A stretch of 64,000 bases of DNA. Origin: an uncultured Pseudomonadota bacterium (GTDB taxonomy: Bacteria; Myxococcota_A; Polyangia; Polyangiales; Sandaracinaceae). This document shows, in pieces, positions 1 through 10,633 of the stretch (positions are counted from its first letter, which is position 1; each line of letters opens with the position of its first letter). The position numbers were made by a program, and so were the translations under genes. Below the pieces are notes generated by a model. That model saw nothing but the letters and a program-made list of their open reading frames with translations, was not told where the DNA came from and did no database searches. The DNA is taken from assembly GCA_963832725.1 (NCBI GenBank), contig CAWHVG010000001.1, forward strand, positions 1,389,928 to 1,453,927, read 5' to 3'.

Positions 1-7
1 GGGGAGC

Positions 8-943
8 ATGGCGCCGCCGAGCATGCCCAAGCCCAGCGACCCGCCTCGGCCGGACGGCGGTTTCATCGACAAGAAGAAGCTGGCCCAGTTCGCGGCCCAG
101 CTCGATCAGGCGGTGAAGACCATCCACGCGCAGCGCGGCGAGGTCTTGGAGCTGCGCGAGGCGCTCGATCGACGGGTCGGCGAGCTGACGGCCCGGCTCG
201 AGGGTCTCGACGCGCCGAGCGAAGCCGATCCCCGGCTCGACGCGCTCGAGGAGAGGCTGGCGGCGATCGAGGCTCGACCGGCGTCGGCGCCGAGCTTCCA
301 CGCGCTCGGCGAGGCCGACACGTTGAACGAGCGGATCGACGGGATGGACACCCGCCTGCACGTGCTCGAAGAGCGGACCGGCGAGGTACGCATCCGCATG
401 CGGCTCGAGCGCACGGGCCATCGGGTGGAGGAGCTGGAGCGCCGGCTCGCCTTGGTGGACGAGAGCCAGCGCGCGGCGACGGAGGGCGTCGAGCAGGCGC
501 GCGCGGCGAGCGCCGATCACGGCGAGCGCCTGACCCGGATCGAGTCGCTCTTCGAGGAGCTCGCGGAGGAGCTGCGCCACGAGCGGGAGGCGGTCGACCT
601 CGACGGCGTCCGCGCGCGCCTCGACGATCTGGAGACGTTGGTCCTGCAGACCGGCACCGACGAGGAGACCCTCCGCAAGAAGCTGGTCGAGCAAGAGCGC
701 GCGCTCGCGACGCTGCGCGAGAGCATGGTTCCGGGCGCATCGCAGGGCGACGACCTGACGCGGATCAAGGGCATCGGTCCCAAGTACGCGCGGCTGCTCG
801 CGGACATGGGCGTGACCTCCTTCGCGCAGATGGCGGCCTGGACGGGAGAGGACCTCGAGCGCGCGGCCGCGCACCTCGGGATCCCGGCGTCGCGGATCGA
901 GAAGGCCGGCTGGATCGCCGCGGCGGCCAAGCTCGCCACGTAG
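8..943 (+). CDS. coiled-coil protein with C-terminal helix-hairpin-helix domain
   Basis: 311-aa ORF with GGGGAG upstream of the ATG. Long E/R/L-rich heptad-like region. C-terminal IKGIGPKYARLLADMGVTSFAQMAAW...GIPASRIEKAGWI is a typical HhH module. Confidence 0.7.
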   Translation: MAPPSMPKPSDPPRPDGGFIDKKKLAQFAAQLDQAVKTIHAQRGEVLELREALDRRVGELTARLEGLDAPSEADPRLDALEERLAAIEARPASAPSFHALGEADTLNERIDGMDTRLHVLEERTGEVRIRMRLERTGHRVEELERRLALVDESQRAATEGVEQARAASADHGERLTRIESLFEELAEELRHEREAVDLDGVRARLDDLETLVLQTGTDEETLRKKLVEQERALATLRESMVPGASQGDDLTRIKGIGPKYARLLADMGVTSFAQMAAWTGEDLERAAAHLGIPASRIEKAGWIAAAAKLAT

Positions 944-1134
944 GAAATCCCGGAACACCGCGGATCTACACCGACGATCTCCGAAGCGGGGCTCCGGCCC
1001 GCGACCGCCCTCGGAGAGAGCGCGCTCCCATTCGATCCCAGGGTGGCGTTCGGGGCCAGCGCCGGCTCGGTGTACCGGTGCGCGCGCTGCTGGCATCGCG
1101 AATGCAGCTCCACGATGGAGCGCGGGAGGCAGCG

Positions 1135-1950
1135 ATGGTTCAGGAGCGTATGCAGAAGGTCCGCGACGCGGTCGTACGCCGCATCGCGCGGCCCATCTAT
1201 CACGCGATTCTCGCCACGACCGGGCGGCGGCTCGCCACGGCGGTGCACTTCCGCTCGCTCGAAGCCTTCGGCGGGCAGTTCGACGCCGACGCGGAAGCGG
1301 CGCGCCGCGTGCTGGCGCGCCCCGAGCTGGACGTCGTCGAGCACGAGCCCGGCCGGACCTCCGTCCGCGTGATGGCGCTCGACTACCACGACGTCGATCT
1401 CCTCGCGCCCTACCGCGAGGTCGCGATCGCGCTCCCGGTCCGCTACCGCGACGCGGACCACGACGACGAGGAGGGCTCGTTCGTGCTCCAGATGCCGGTC
1501 ACGAGCGAAGAGGCCCGCTGGGGCGGCGTCGAGGTCTACGGCTTCCCGAAGTTCGTGGCCGCCATCGAGCTCGCCCGGGATGGTCGTACCCGCGTCGCCA
1601 CGGTCCGCGCCGGCGGAGCGCATGTGCTCACGCTCCGCGTGGACTCCCTCGAGAGCGCGCAGGGCCAGGCCTCCTTCCACAACTACACGGTGCGGGGCGA
1701 CCACCAACTCGTGGAGAGCCGCTTCGAGATCGACGGCGAGCTCGCGCTCGGCGAGGGCCACGCGACGCTGGAGCTCGGCGCGCACGCGATCGCCGACGAG
1801 CTTCGTCGGATGGGGATCGAGACCCGCGCTCGCACCGCGTTCTCCGTGCCGTGTGCGAGCGCCGTGCTGAGCCGGGGTCGCGCGGTCGGCCACGTGGCGC
1901 ACGGCGAGCCGGAGATGCCTCCGCGATCGATGGAGGCCGAGCCCGCGTGA
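1135..1950 (+). CDS. acetoacetate decarboxylase (ADC) family protein
   Basis: ORF 1078..1950. Preferred start is ATG 1135, preceded by GGGAGG. The beta-rich sequence (VRVMALDYHDVDLLAPYREVAIALPV, GFPKFVAAIEL) resembles the ADC-like fold family. Family call is from memory only. Confidence 0.55.
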   Translation: MVQERMQKVRDAVVRRIARPIYHAILATTGRRLATAVHFRSLEAFGGQFDADAEAARRVLARPELDVVEHEPGRTSVRVMALDYHDVDLLAPYREVAIALPVRYRDADHDDEEGSFVLQMPVTSEEARWGGVEVYGFPKFVAAIELARDGRTRVATVRAGGAHVLTLRVDSLESAQGQASFHNYTVRGDHQLVESRFEIDGELALGEGHATLELGAHAIADELRRMGIETRARTAFSVPCASAVLSRGRAVGHVAHGEPEMPPRSMEAEPA

Positions 1951-2101
1951 GGGCGTCCCCAGGCCCCGCTCCGTCGTGCTCACCGCGACACGGGACGGGC
2001 CCGAGGTCGTCGCCCACCGACTCCCCCTCCACGCACAGTCCGCGGCCGAGCTTTCGTCACCGGTTGATCGGTGCGTCCGCCGCAGGACAGACTCGCGCCG
2101 C

Positions 2102-2482
2102 ATGCACGAGCATCCCGTCCAGATCTACTACGAGGACACCGACCACTCGGGCCTCGTCTACCACGCGAACTACCTCAAGTACTTCGAGCGAGCGCGCGAG
2201 CACATGCTCGGCGTCGAGGAGCTGCGCCGCCTGCTGGTGGAGGACGGGATCGGGTTCGTCGTCTACGAGGCCAAGCTGCAATACAAGCAAGGCGCCGTCT
2301 TCGGCGACACGGTCGTGATTCGGAGTACGGTCGAAGCGGCCAGCCCCTATCGCGCGGTCTTCCAGCAGGACGCGACCCGCGACGGCGAGCTCCTGGTCCG
2401 CGGCGTGCTCACCCTCGTCTGCGTCGACGCGCAGAAGCAGCTCGTGCCGCTCCCCGAGAGCGTGCGCTCGAAGATGGGCTGA
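2102..2482 (+). CDS. acyl-CoA thioesterase, 4HBT/YbgC family
   Basis: MHEHPVQIYYEDTDHSGLVYHANYLKYFERARE... is the canonical hot-dog YbgC/FcoT N-terminal motif. ATG at 2102 lies inside ORF 1976..2482. Confidence 0.8.
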   Translation: MHEHPVQIYYEDTDHSGLVYHANYLKYFERAREHMLGVEELRRLLVEDGIGFVVYEAKLQYKQGAVFGDTVVIRSTVEAASPYRAVFQQDATRDGELLVRGVLTLVCVDAQKQLVPLPESVRSKMG

Positions 2483-2638
2483 CGCGCGCCATCCCATCGG
2501 CGGCAGGTCGGCCGGGCCGAGCCCACCGACCCGAGAGGCGCTTCGCTCGCACAGCCGAGCAGCAGGACCGCCGTCCACGGCCAAGATCGCATCGCGCCCT
2601 CCGACCGGGCGAGGGTACGCCATCCGAGGGATCGCGGC

Positions 2639-3121
2639 CTATCGCCGGGCCAGCCAGTCGCGGACGGCCAGCCCCGTGCCGAAGTCCCAGGGGCGCAGCT
2701 TCGCGACCGGCACCGGCTTGAACGCGCGCAGCTCGTCGCCGAGCGTGACCTCGCCTTCGGCCCGCACGTGGTAGGCGACGATGACCTCGTTGCGCTGCGG
2801 AAAGGCGTAGACGCCCACCAGCGAGACCACCTCGCCCTCGAGGCCCAGCTCCTCGCGCAGCTCGCGGAGCACGCCCTCTTCCGGCGTCTCGCCGCGCTCG
2901 AGGAAGCCCGTGACCAGCCCGAACCATTTCTCGGGCCACCCATGCTGCGCCACGAGGAGCACGTCGCCGCCGTGTTCGACGATGGCGGCCACCACCGGCG
3001 TCGGGTTGTCGTAGAAGACGAAGCCGCAGCTCTCGTCGGGGCAGGCCAGTCGCGAGCCGTCGGGGGTGGGCTTTTTCACCAGGATCGCGCCGCAGCGCAG
3101 GCAATGACGGGCTTCCGACAT
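2639..3121 (-). CDS. NUDIX hydrolase with N-terminal zinc ribbon (NudC-like)
   Basis: 160-aa ORF. CLRCG...CPDESCG zinc ribbon followed by a Nudix box GFLERGETPEEGVLRELREELGL. Confidence 0.8.
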   Translation of the reverse strand: MSEARHCLRCGAILVKKPTPDGSRLACPDESCGFVFYDNPTPVVAAIVEHGGDVLLVAQHGWPEKWFGLVTGFLERGETPEEGVLRELREELGLEGEVVSLVGVYAFPQRNEVIVAYHVRAEGEVTLGDELRAFKPVPVAKLRPWDFGTGLAVRDWLARR

Positions 3122-3206
3122 ACCCCGCGCTTACCAGCCGACCCGCCCTCGCGCACGCCCACTTGACGCGGGGGCCCCCCTGCGCTCCGCTTCGGTGCTT
3201 TCCGTC

Positions 3207-4224
3207 ATGCGATTCTCCGACGTCGTCATCGCCGCGCTGGCCAAGGCCGAGGCGCCGCACCGCGTGAGCACCGCCGCGCTCGAAGCGCGCTTGAACGGTC
3301 ATCTCGCGCGGCTCGGCCTCCTGCCGGGCACGCTGGCGGCCCTCAGCGGCATCGAGGCGAGGCACTTCTGGGACGAGGACACGCCCCCGAGCGCCGGCGC
3401 CACGCTGGCCGCCGAGAAGGCGCTGGCGGCGGCGCGCGTGGACCGGGCGCGCATCGGTGTCCTGATCAACACGTCGGTCTCCCGCGACTACGTCGAGCCC
3501 TCCACCGCCTGTCTGGTCCACGGCAACCTCGGCCTCGCGCCCGAGTGCCTGAACTTCGACCTGAGCAACGCCTGCCTCGGGTTCCTGAACGGGATGGAGC
3601 TGGTCGCGCAGATGATTCGAGCGCGGTCAGGTCGACTACGGCCTGGTGGTGGACGGCGAGAGCTCGCGCTTCGTGGTCGACAAGACCCTGGAGCGCCTCT
3701 CCCAGCCGGACGCCACGCCCCAGACGCTGCGGGAGAACATCGCCACCCTCACCCTCGGCTCCGGCGCCGCGGCCGCCGTGCTCACCCGCGCCGACCTGGC
3801 GCCCGAGGGCGCGCGCTTCGTCGGCTCGGTCATGCTCGCGGCCAGCGAGCACAACCACCTCTGCCGCGGGCAGGCGGATTGGATGCGCACCGACACCACC
3901 GGCCTGCTCACGGCCGGGCTGGCGCTGGCCGGCCGCACCTTCGAGAAGGCCCGGGTCGAGCTCGGCTGGTCGATCGAGCGGCTCGATCACGTGGTGATGC
4001 ACCAGGTCAGCCGCGTACACACGGAGCAGCTCGCGAAGGCGCTGGGCGTGCCGCTCGAGAGGGTGCCGGTGATCTACCCGGAGCACGGCAACGTCGGGCC
4101 GGCGTCGGTGCCGATGACCCTGGCCCGCGCGGCCGAGATCGGGCGGGTGCGACGAGGCGATCGCGTCGCGCTGATGGGCATCGGCAGCGGCCTCAACTGC
4201 GCGATGGCGGAGGTGGTGTTTTGA
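3207..4224 (+). CDS. oleA: OleA, FabH-like thiolase for head-to-head acyl condensation; frame broken at 3614-3618
   Basis: The N-part (frame of ORF 3195..) and C-part (ORF 3646..4224) together give a full-length OleA-type protein with INTSVSRDYVEPSTA, FDLSNACLGFLNGM, LCRG, HQVS, GNVGPASVP and GIGSGLNCAMAEVVF. Removing one base from GATTC at 3614-3618 restores MIERGQVDYGLVVDGE. Confidence 0.85.
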
Positions 4225-5120
4225 AGGCGGTCCCGCACGAGCTCTACCCCTTCGCGCCGCATCACTTCGACGTCGGCGGCGCTCGGATGCACTACCTCGA
4301 CGAGGGGCAGGGCGAGCCCGTCGTGATGGTGCACGGGAACCCGACCTGGTCGTTCTACTACCGGAACCTGGTGAAGGCGCTCCGCTCCGATCACCGCTGC
4401 ATCGTCCCCGACCACGTGGGGATGGGGCTGAGCGACAAGCCGGACGACGACCGCTACGACTACACCATCGAGCGGCGGGTGGCGGACTTCGGCGCCCTGC
4501 TCGAGGAGCTCGGCGTCACGCGCGACGTGACCCTCGTCGTCCACGACTGGGGCGGCATGATCGGGATGGCGTGGGCGGCGCAGCATCCCGAGCGGGTGGC
4601 CCGGCTCGTCATCATGAACACCGCCGCCTTCCCCCTGCCGAGCGACAAGCCCTTCCCCTGGCCGCTCTGGCTGACCCGGACACCGCTCGGCGCGCTCTTG
4701 GTGCGGCGCTTCAACGCGTTCAGCGCCGTCGCCTCGCGGGTGTGCGTGACGCGGACGCCGATGCCACGCGAGGTGCGGCGGGCCTACACCGCGCCCTATG
4801 ACAGCTACCGAGATCGCATCGCCACCTTGCGCTTCGTGCAGGACATCCCGCTCGCGCCGGGCGACCGCGGCTGGAGTCTGCTGGAGCGCACGGCCGAGGG
4901 ACTGTCGAAGCTGGCCCACCTGCCCGCGCTGATCTGCTGGGGCGACCGCGACTTCGTCTTCGACCACGCGTTCTTGCGCGAGTGGCGCCACTACCTGCCC
5001 GAGGCGCGGGTCGTACGCTTCCCGGACTGCGGCCACTACGTGCTCGAGGACGCGGCGGACGAGATCGTGCCCATGATCCGCCGCTTCCTCGACGAGCACC
5101 CGCTTCCGCCGCGGGCCTGA
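4221..5120 (+). CDS. oleB: OleB, alpha/beta-hydrolase (beta-lactone decarboxylase, haloalkane-dehalogenase-like)
   Basis: C-terminal 300 aa of fused ORF 3195..5120. Motifs HGNPTWSFYYR, VVHDWGGMIG and a C-terminal GHYVLED. TTG start at 4221 overlaps the oleA TGA (TTGA). Confidence 0.8.
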   Translation: MKAVPHELYPFAPHHFDVGGARMHYLDEGQGEPVVMVHGNPTWSFYYRNLVKALRSDHRCIVPDHVGMGLSDKPDDDRYDYTIERRVADFGALLEELGVTRDVTLVVHDWGGMIGMAWAAQHPERVARLVIMNTAAFPLPSDKPFPWPLWLTRTPLGALLVRRFNAFSAVASRVCVTRTPMPREVRRAYTAPYDSYRDRIATLRFVQDIPLAPGDRGWSLLERTAEGLSKLAHLPALICWGDRDFVFDHAFLREWRHYLPEARVVRFPDCGHYVLEDAADEIVPMIRRFLDEHPLPPRA

Positions 5121-5192
5121 CGGGTCAACCCGGATCGTTCACCAGAACCTCCGCTGGTTCCGAAGGGATCGGTTTTCACGAGCCTTCCCGAC

Positions 5193-5217
5193 GCCCGGAG
5201 GAATCCGGGCTGTATTT
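5193..5217 (+). terminator. rho-independent terminator candidate after oleB
   Basis: Perfect 7-bp stem GCCCGGA / TCCGGGC with loop GGAA, followed by TGTATTT. Lies between the convergent oleB and M48 genes. Confidence 0.55.
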
Positions 5218-5265
5218 CGGAAGCGGACGATGCGGGAGGGCGGGCGAGAGGGTGAATGATCCGGA

Positions 5266-8200
5266 TTACCGGAAGAAGGGCCGCTCCGGCACGAAGAGGA
5301 GCGCGCGGACCGTCCGGCGCCATTGCTCGGGCGCGCTGGCGCCGTTCAGGACGATCCCCATCACCAACGCTTCGCCCCGCAGGACCGGCACGAGCTGGTC
5401 GAGGACGCCCTCGATGGCGCTGGGGTCGGTGATCGCGCCGCGCTCGATCAAGTCCAGCAGCGGCTCCGCGTCGTCGTCGTAGATCGTCCGAGCCTGCTCG
5501 ATGAAGGGCGAAGGATCGCGGCCCTCGCGCATCGCCAGCGCGATGGTCGGCCACACCGTTCCGCCGTCGGTGCCGGCCTCGACGGGCAGGCTCCACGCGC
5601 GCTCGGTGATCGCTTCGGTCGCCCCCTCCGACGCGGCGGCCAGCCGCAGCAGCACGGCGGAGGCGGGCCCCTGGCTCGCGTCGACGGCTTCGGACAGCGC
5701 CCCGCGCGCGAGCAACCGCCAAGGCCACATCTCCGAATCGAGGCCCTCGCCCGGCTCGCCGATCCCCTCGGTGAAGAGGAGCAGAGTCAGCGGCGTGGAC
5801 TCCTCGGTGAGGTCGACGAGCGGGACCGCCCGCGGGTCGGGCGCCCGCACCCGGCGGATGCGAGCCACGTCGACATCGAGGTGCGCGCGAAGCGGCGCCA
5901 AGGCCGGTGCGCGGCTCGCCTCGAACGCCCGCAGCGCGTCGTCCCAGAGGCCGCGCGACGCCAGCTCGTAGCCGGCGGCCATCGCGATCCACGGCTGTCG
6001 CGGGTGCGCCTCGTGCGCCTCCAGGAACGCTCGACCGCGCGCGGCCCGATCGTCGATGCAGCGTGTGGTCAGGTATGCGAGGTCGAGGTCGCCGGGCGCC
6101 GCCTCGGCCAGAGCGCGTTGACGCGCGCACGCGGCGTCGTGATCGAGCCGGTCCTGCTCGAGCCGCAGCCAGATCACCGCGCGGGGCTCGGCCTGCAGGC
6201 GGGCCTCGATCAGCGCCCGCGGATCGTCCACGTCCTCGACCCATCCGAGCACGTTCGGATCGTGGCTGGGATCGAAGCGGGCGTGCGCCTCGATCATGGC
6301 CCTTCGCTCGCCGGGATCGGTGACGAACGAGAGCTGCGCACCCACCGAGGCTTCGACGGCCGTGAGGACGTCGCGGGTGGTCCCGCCCGAGCTCGAAGTG
6401 GAGACCGAGCGCGGAGGCTCCCGGAAGAGGACGTCGGCGTGCGAGATGCCGAAACGCGGCGCGCCGAGCGGGCGCTGCGGCACCTCGCGCGCCGAACCGT
6501 AGGAGGCGGTCCACTCCACCAGCGGGGCCGCGCTGGCCACGTCGTACACGTACTTCGACCACGTGCTGCCGACGTCGGCGTGAAAGCGCTCGATCGAGCG
6601 TCCGTCCGAGGTGCGCGTCTCGATGACGGCGTCGTCGTTGGCGGTGGGCTCGACCACGGAGCTCGCGTGACCCATGACCGTCTGCTCTTCGCCGTCGATG
6701 GAGACGACCACCGGCACCGCGAGGCCGTTGTAGACGGTGACGGTCGCCGCACCCGCGCCACCGGAGAGCACCAGCGCCGGGACCAGGAGCGCGGTGGCGA
6801 CCGTGAAGCGTGCCGCACCCGGCAAGAAGCCGTCGGCGACCTGGAACCGGTCCCACCAGCCGAGCCGCTTCTGCCGCTCCCGCTCTTCGCCGAGCACCAA
6901 GGTGGCGTAGCGACCCGGGACGCGGCCCGGGGCCGGCGCCTCTCCCGCCTCGAGCTCGCCGCGGAGCGCGCGCGCGATGTGGTCCTCCGTCGCCAGGAGC
7001 ACCTCGAGCGTGGCGCCGGCCAGCCGCCCGATGGCACCTCCGACGGCGTCGGCCCACGAGCCCACCACGTTGAGCCAGTCGCCGATGTTCGCGTGGGTCG
7101 GCCGCCCGAGACGGAGCTCCTCGCCGAGCAGCGCGCGCACGCTCTCGCAGCCGAGCTTCTCCCGGACCGCGGCCGGCAGGTCGACGTCGTCGCGCTGCGC
7201 GAACACCGAGTCGAGCGCCGACCAGACCGACTCGCAGGCCTGGACCAGGCGCGAGCGCTCGCTGCTGCTCACGTGACCGTCGGCGGTCACGATGCGGAGC
7301 ACGTGCTGCATGAAGCCGTATGCGTCGCCCAGCTCCGCCGACGCGTGGTCCGCGTAGTGCAGGAGCGCGCCGAGGCTGACCAGGTAGCGCTCCCAATCCT
7401 CCCCGAGGAGCCGGGCCGCAGCGCGATGAGCCGTCCGGACCCGCCGGTCGTGGGTCAGGACCCGCTCCTCGGCCTCCGTGCACTCGGCCTTGGTGTTCGC
7501 GACCACGCGCGCCAGATCCTTGCGCGCGATCTCCTGCCCTCGGTGACGGATCACCCCGCCCGGCGCGGTCAACACGCCGTCCTGCAACGCGACCAGCTGC
7601 GCGTGCTCCGCGCGGAGCTCCTGCCAGCGCTCCAGATCGTCCGAGAGCGACTCGGGGTAGAGCGCGTCGATCATCGCCAGCGCCTCGGCGGGCTCGAGAT
7701 CGCCCGTCGGGTCGTAGAGCTCGTCCACGCTGCGCGCGGCGCCGACCACCGAGCGGCCGAGATACGCCCCTCGATAGCGGCGATCGAGCACATCGGCCGT
7801 GAAGCGCTCGTCCAAGCGCTCGAGGGATTCCTCGAGCGGCGGCGGCTCCGGGACCGCCTTCTTCGAGACGATCTCCAGAAAACGTCGAGTGACGCTCTGG
7901 CGCGTGCGCGGCGAATCGGAGAAGAGCGACCACGCCGGCCGCGCATCCAGCGACGACGGCAAGTAGCGTTTCTTGACGTTGTCCTCCCGCTCGCGGTTCG
8001 GCGGGTGGGTCGACCACATGTGCGGCGGCTGGGCGAGCGCCGTCTCGAAGACGCGGTGGGCGGCGGGATCGACCACGCCCGTCGAGGGCGTTCGACCGAG
8101 GTCCTCTTCGTCGAAGATCCGCCGCAGGTGCTCGAGCACGCGGCCCTGAAGCGCGAAGAGATCCGCGACCGAGCGCTCGTGGTCGAGCTCCGAGCCGACG

Positions 8201-9099
8201 AACGACACGGCGCGATCCCAGGCGTCGTCCGCCGGCCCGAGACGGTGCAGCGCGTGGACGAGGCTGTCGCTCCCGCTGACGGAGACGGAGACCAGATCCG
8301 CCTGCAGCTCCATCTCGCGAGAGAGCGCGCGGTGGGTCAGGACGATGACGCGGAAGAAGGTGTCGAGGACCGCCCGGATCGCCCACACGAAGAGACGCAT
8401 GATCCAGCCGATCCACGCGATGCGGAGATCGATCCTGGAGAGCCCCTGAAGGAAGCGATCGAAGGCGCTGCGCGAGACGATGACATGCCCGGCGATCTGC
8501 TGCGCCACGTAGACCCATCGACCGACGGCCATGGTGCGCTGGGCGAAGTGCCCGAATTCGTGACCGATGACCGCTTTGAGCTCGTCCAGGCTGAGCGCGT
8601 TCACCAGACCGAGGCCGATCTCCAGGTTCTTCTTGGTCGGGAAGAGGAGATTGAGCAGCGAGAGATCGTAGAAGACCGCCGCGTTCACGCGCGCCGAGAG
8701 GTAGATGCGGTGGGGCCGCGGGGCGCCCACCTCGTCGGCGATGCGGTGGACGAAGGCCACCAGCTGCGGCTCGTCCTCCTCGCGAACCTCCACCAGGCTC
8801 TCGTCCTTCTTGTGCTTCACGACGAAGAGCCCGCGGACCAGGAAGGCGAAGAAGAACGCGGGCGCGAGGCTCAAGACCGCGGCCCCGAAGTTGCCGTCCA
8901 CCGCGGCCCGGACGAGCTCGTAGGTCACCCTGCCGAGATGGAACGTCAGGCCGAGGTAGAAGCCCACGAACGCGATCAGTCCCGCGAACGCCAGCCACGC
9001 GCTCCTCTTGTACGAACGCGTCGGTGTCGTGAGGTCGGCCGGGACGTCCCCCGGTCTCGGCGGACAGAGCGTAGCGGTGTCTTCGGATCCGTCGTTCAT
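5266..9099 (-). CDS. large membrane M48-family zinc peptidase (HtpX-like N-terminal domain plus about 900-aa extension)
   Basis: Uninterrupted 1277-aa ORF. N-terminal TM helices, a HEFGHF (HExxH) motif followed by further TM segments as in M48/HtpX, then a long helical region of unknown function. Confidence 0.8.
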   Translation of the reverse strand: MNDGSEDTATLCPPRPGDVPADLTTPTRSYKRSAWLAFAGLIAFVGFYLGLTFHLGRVTYELVRAAVDGNFGAAVLSLAPAFFFAFLVRGLFVVKHKKDESLVEVREEDEPQLVAFVHRIADEVGAPRPHRIYLSARVNAAVFYDLSLLNLLFPTKKNLEIGLGLVNALSLDELKAVIGHEFGHFAQRTMAVGRWVYVAQQIAGHVIVSRSAFDRFLQGLSRIDLRIAWIGWIMRLFVWAIRAVLDTFFRVIVLTHRALSREMELQADLVSVSVSGSDSLVHALHRLGPADDAWDRAVSFVGSELDHERSVADLFALQGRVLEHLRRIFDEEDLGRTPSTGVVDPAAHRVFETALAQPPHMWSTHPPNREREDNVKKRYLPSSLDARPAWSLFSDSPRTRQSVTRRFLEIVSKKAVPEPPPLEESLERLDERFTADVLDRRYRGAYLGRSVVGAARSVDELYDPTGDLEPAEALAMIDALYPESLSDDLERWQELRAEHAQLVALQDGVLTAPGGVIRHRGQEIARKDLARVVANTKAECTEAEERVLTHDRRVRTAHRAAARLLGEDWERYLVSLGALLHYADHASAELGDAYGFMQHVLRIVTADGHVSSSERSRLVQACESVWSALDSVFAQRDDVDLPAAVREKLGCESVRALLGEELRLGRPTHANIGDWLNVVGSWADAVGGAIGRLAGATLEVLLATEDHIARALRGELEAGEAPAPGRVPGRYATLVLGEERERQKRLGWWDRFQVADGFLPGAARFTVATALLVPALVLSGGAGAATVTVYNGLAVPVVVSIDGEEQTVMGHASSVVEPTANDDAVIETRTSDGRSIERFHADVGSTWSKYVYDVASAAPLVEWTASYGSAREVPQRPLGAPRFGISHADVLFREPPRSVSTSSSGGTTRDVLTAVEASVGAQLSFVTDPGERRAMIEAHARFDPSHDPNVLGWVEDVDDPRALIEARLQAEPRAVIWLRLEQDRLDHDAACARQRALAEAAPGDLDLAYLTTRCIDDRAARGRAFLEAHEAHPRQPWIAMAAGYELASRGLWDDALRAFEASRAPALAPLRAHLDVDVARIRRVRAPDPRAVPLVDLTEESTPLTLLLFTEGIGEPGEGLDSEMWPWRLLARGALSEAVDASQGPASAVLLRLAAASEGATEAITERAWSLPVEAGTDGGTVWPTIALAMREGRDPSPFIEQARTIYDDDAEPLLDLIERGAITDPSAIEGVLDQLVPVLRGEALVMGIVLNGASAPEQWRRTVRALLFVPERPFFR

Positions 9100-9360
9100 T
9101 GGACGGAAAAGGGAATATCAGAAAGGGCCGCCCGCCAGAAGCACCGAACGCGGGCGAGAGACTCGACAGGCGTAAAGGGCTCGGCCGCCCTATCGCAAAC
9201 CACCGAACGCAGCACAGGCGACCCCGCGTCATCTCCGGGCCATCCTGCCCGCGGGCCGACGCACACGCGAGACGCGCATCGCCTCGGACGACTCGCGCCG
9301 GTCGGCGAGACCGCGCGACGTCGGCCGAGGCCCCACCGCGCGCCGTCCGAGGCCCGCGCA

Positions 9361-9840
9361 TCACCAGGTGACGTGGACGTACGCGAGCCAGGCGACGAGC
9401 GGCGCCGCGACGGCGGCGGCGACCAAGGTCGGCCAGCTCGCGCGGCGCCGCGCGAGGCGCACCGCGTGAGGGATCCAGAGCCAGCCCAGCTGCGCGGCGC
9501 CGACGGTGGCGGCCAGCTCGACGGTGCGGATCTCGGGCGAATGGCCCAACACGGCGGCGGGCAGCGCGGCGGCCGCTCCCCACAGCGCGCCGAGCCCGAC
9601 GCCGGCGGGCGCCAGGAGCAGCAGCGGGAAGCGCCTCACGTGCCGGTGCAAGAGCCGCGGCACCAGCGCGCCCAGAAGCGCCCCGCCGAGCGCCGAGAAC
9701 GCCGCCGCGAGCAGGGCGGTCTTCCACGACACGGTGACGGCGAGCGGGAGCATGGTGACGGCGCCCACGAGCGCGAGGTCCCGTGCCCATACCCGCCGGC
9801 GGTGCAGTCGTTCTTCGATGAAAGCGGTGTCTTCGTGCAT
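9361..9840 (-). CDS. small polytopic membrane protein
   Basis: C-terminal 159 aa of ORF 9361..10647. ATG 9840 is preceded by GGAGGA. Four hydrophobic segments. The upstream part of the ORF is R/A-rich GC artefact. Confidence 0.6.
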   Translation of the reverse strand: MHEDTAFIEERLHRRRVWARDLALVGAVTMLPLAVTVSWKTALLAAAFSALGGALLGALVPRLLHRHVRRFPLLLLAPAGVGLGALWGAAAALPAAVLGHSPEIRTVELAATVGAAQLGWLWIPHAVRLARRRASWPTLVAAAVAAPLVAWLAYVHVTW

Positions 9841-9972
9841 GTCGATCCTCCTCGGCCCGACCGTTCCGCAATCGACGTGCCGGCGCCGAGCGCGGGGCCC
9901 GTGGCGTCGTCGGCCGCGGCCCACCGACATGTTGTCGAGCCCTCCCCGCGGGACGTGACGAAACGGCGGGGG

Positions 9973-10633
9973 ATGGTGCGCCGGAGAGCGCTCCGGCATC
10001 CTCGGGCGATGCGGATACACCTCCGGCTCTTCGACCTGGCGAGCGGCGACCTGATCACGGAGGGGACCTTCGAGTCGCCCTCGCTGACCATCTCGTCGGA
10101 CACCCGGATGGCGGACTTCACCCACCCTCGGCTGCGCCACACGCCCACCTACGAGATCACGAGCGACGGCTACCACGCGACGATCCGCAACCAGTCCGCG
10201 AGCGAGCGCCTGCGGCGCAAGAACACCCTCCAGATCGACGACGACCTCGTGCTGAAGGTGGACCTCTACCCGCGCCCGGACGCCGTGCCACCGGTGCGCG
10301 GCGCGTGCCCGAGCTGCGGAGGACCGCTCAGCCGCTCGCAGGTCGGCGGCGCGTATCGCTCGGTGGCGCGCGAGGAGCATCGTTGCGGCGAGTGCGGCAC
10401 GGCGGTGCTGGCGCTCCGCGACGCGAGCTCCGCGCTCGGCCAGTTCGTCGATCAGAGCGCGAGCGACTGGGTCACGGTCACGGTGGCGTTCCGCTGCCCG
10501 CAGTGCACCGAGAGCATGCTCCGCTCGAATCTTCCGCAGCGCGCACGGCGAGGCGCAGGTCGAGCGATGCGCGGGCTGCCAGCTCGTGGTGGTCGAGCCG
10601 GAGGACGAGGCCCGCCTCCGCGGCGAGCGCTGA
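9973..10633 (+). CDS. hypothetical protein with two CxxC...CxxC zinc ribbons; frame broken at 10527-10531
   Basis: MRIHLRLFDL... carries CPSCGG...CGECG and then CPQCTESM. The next frame supplies AHGEAQVERCAGCQLVVVEPEDE and a stop at 10631-10633, completing the second ribbon. Deleting one A of GAATC joins the frames. Confidence 0.6.

Noticed and set aside
3195-5120. Single 641-aa ORF fusing oleA N-terminus to oleB
   Set aside because: The middle 200 aa are low-complexity R/G/A/P. The real OleA C-half lies in ORF 3646..4224, and oleB has its own TTG start at 4221.
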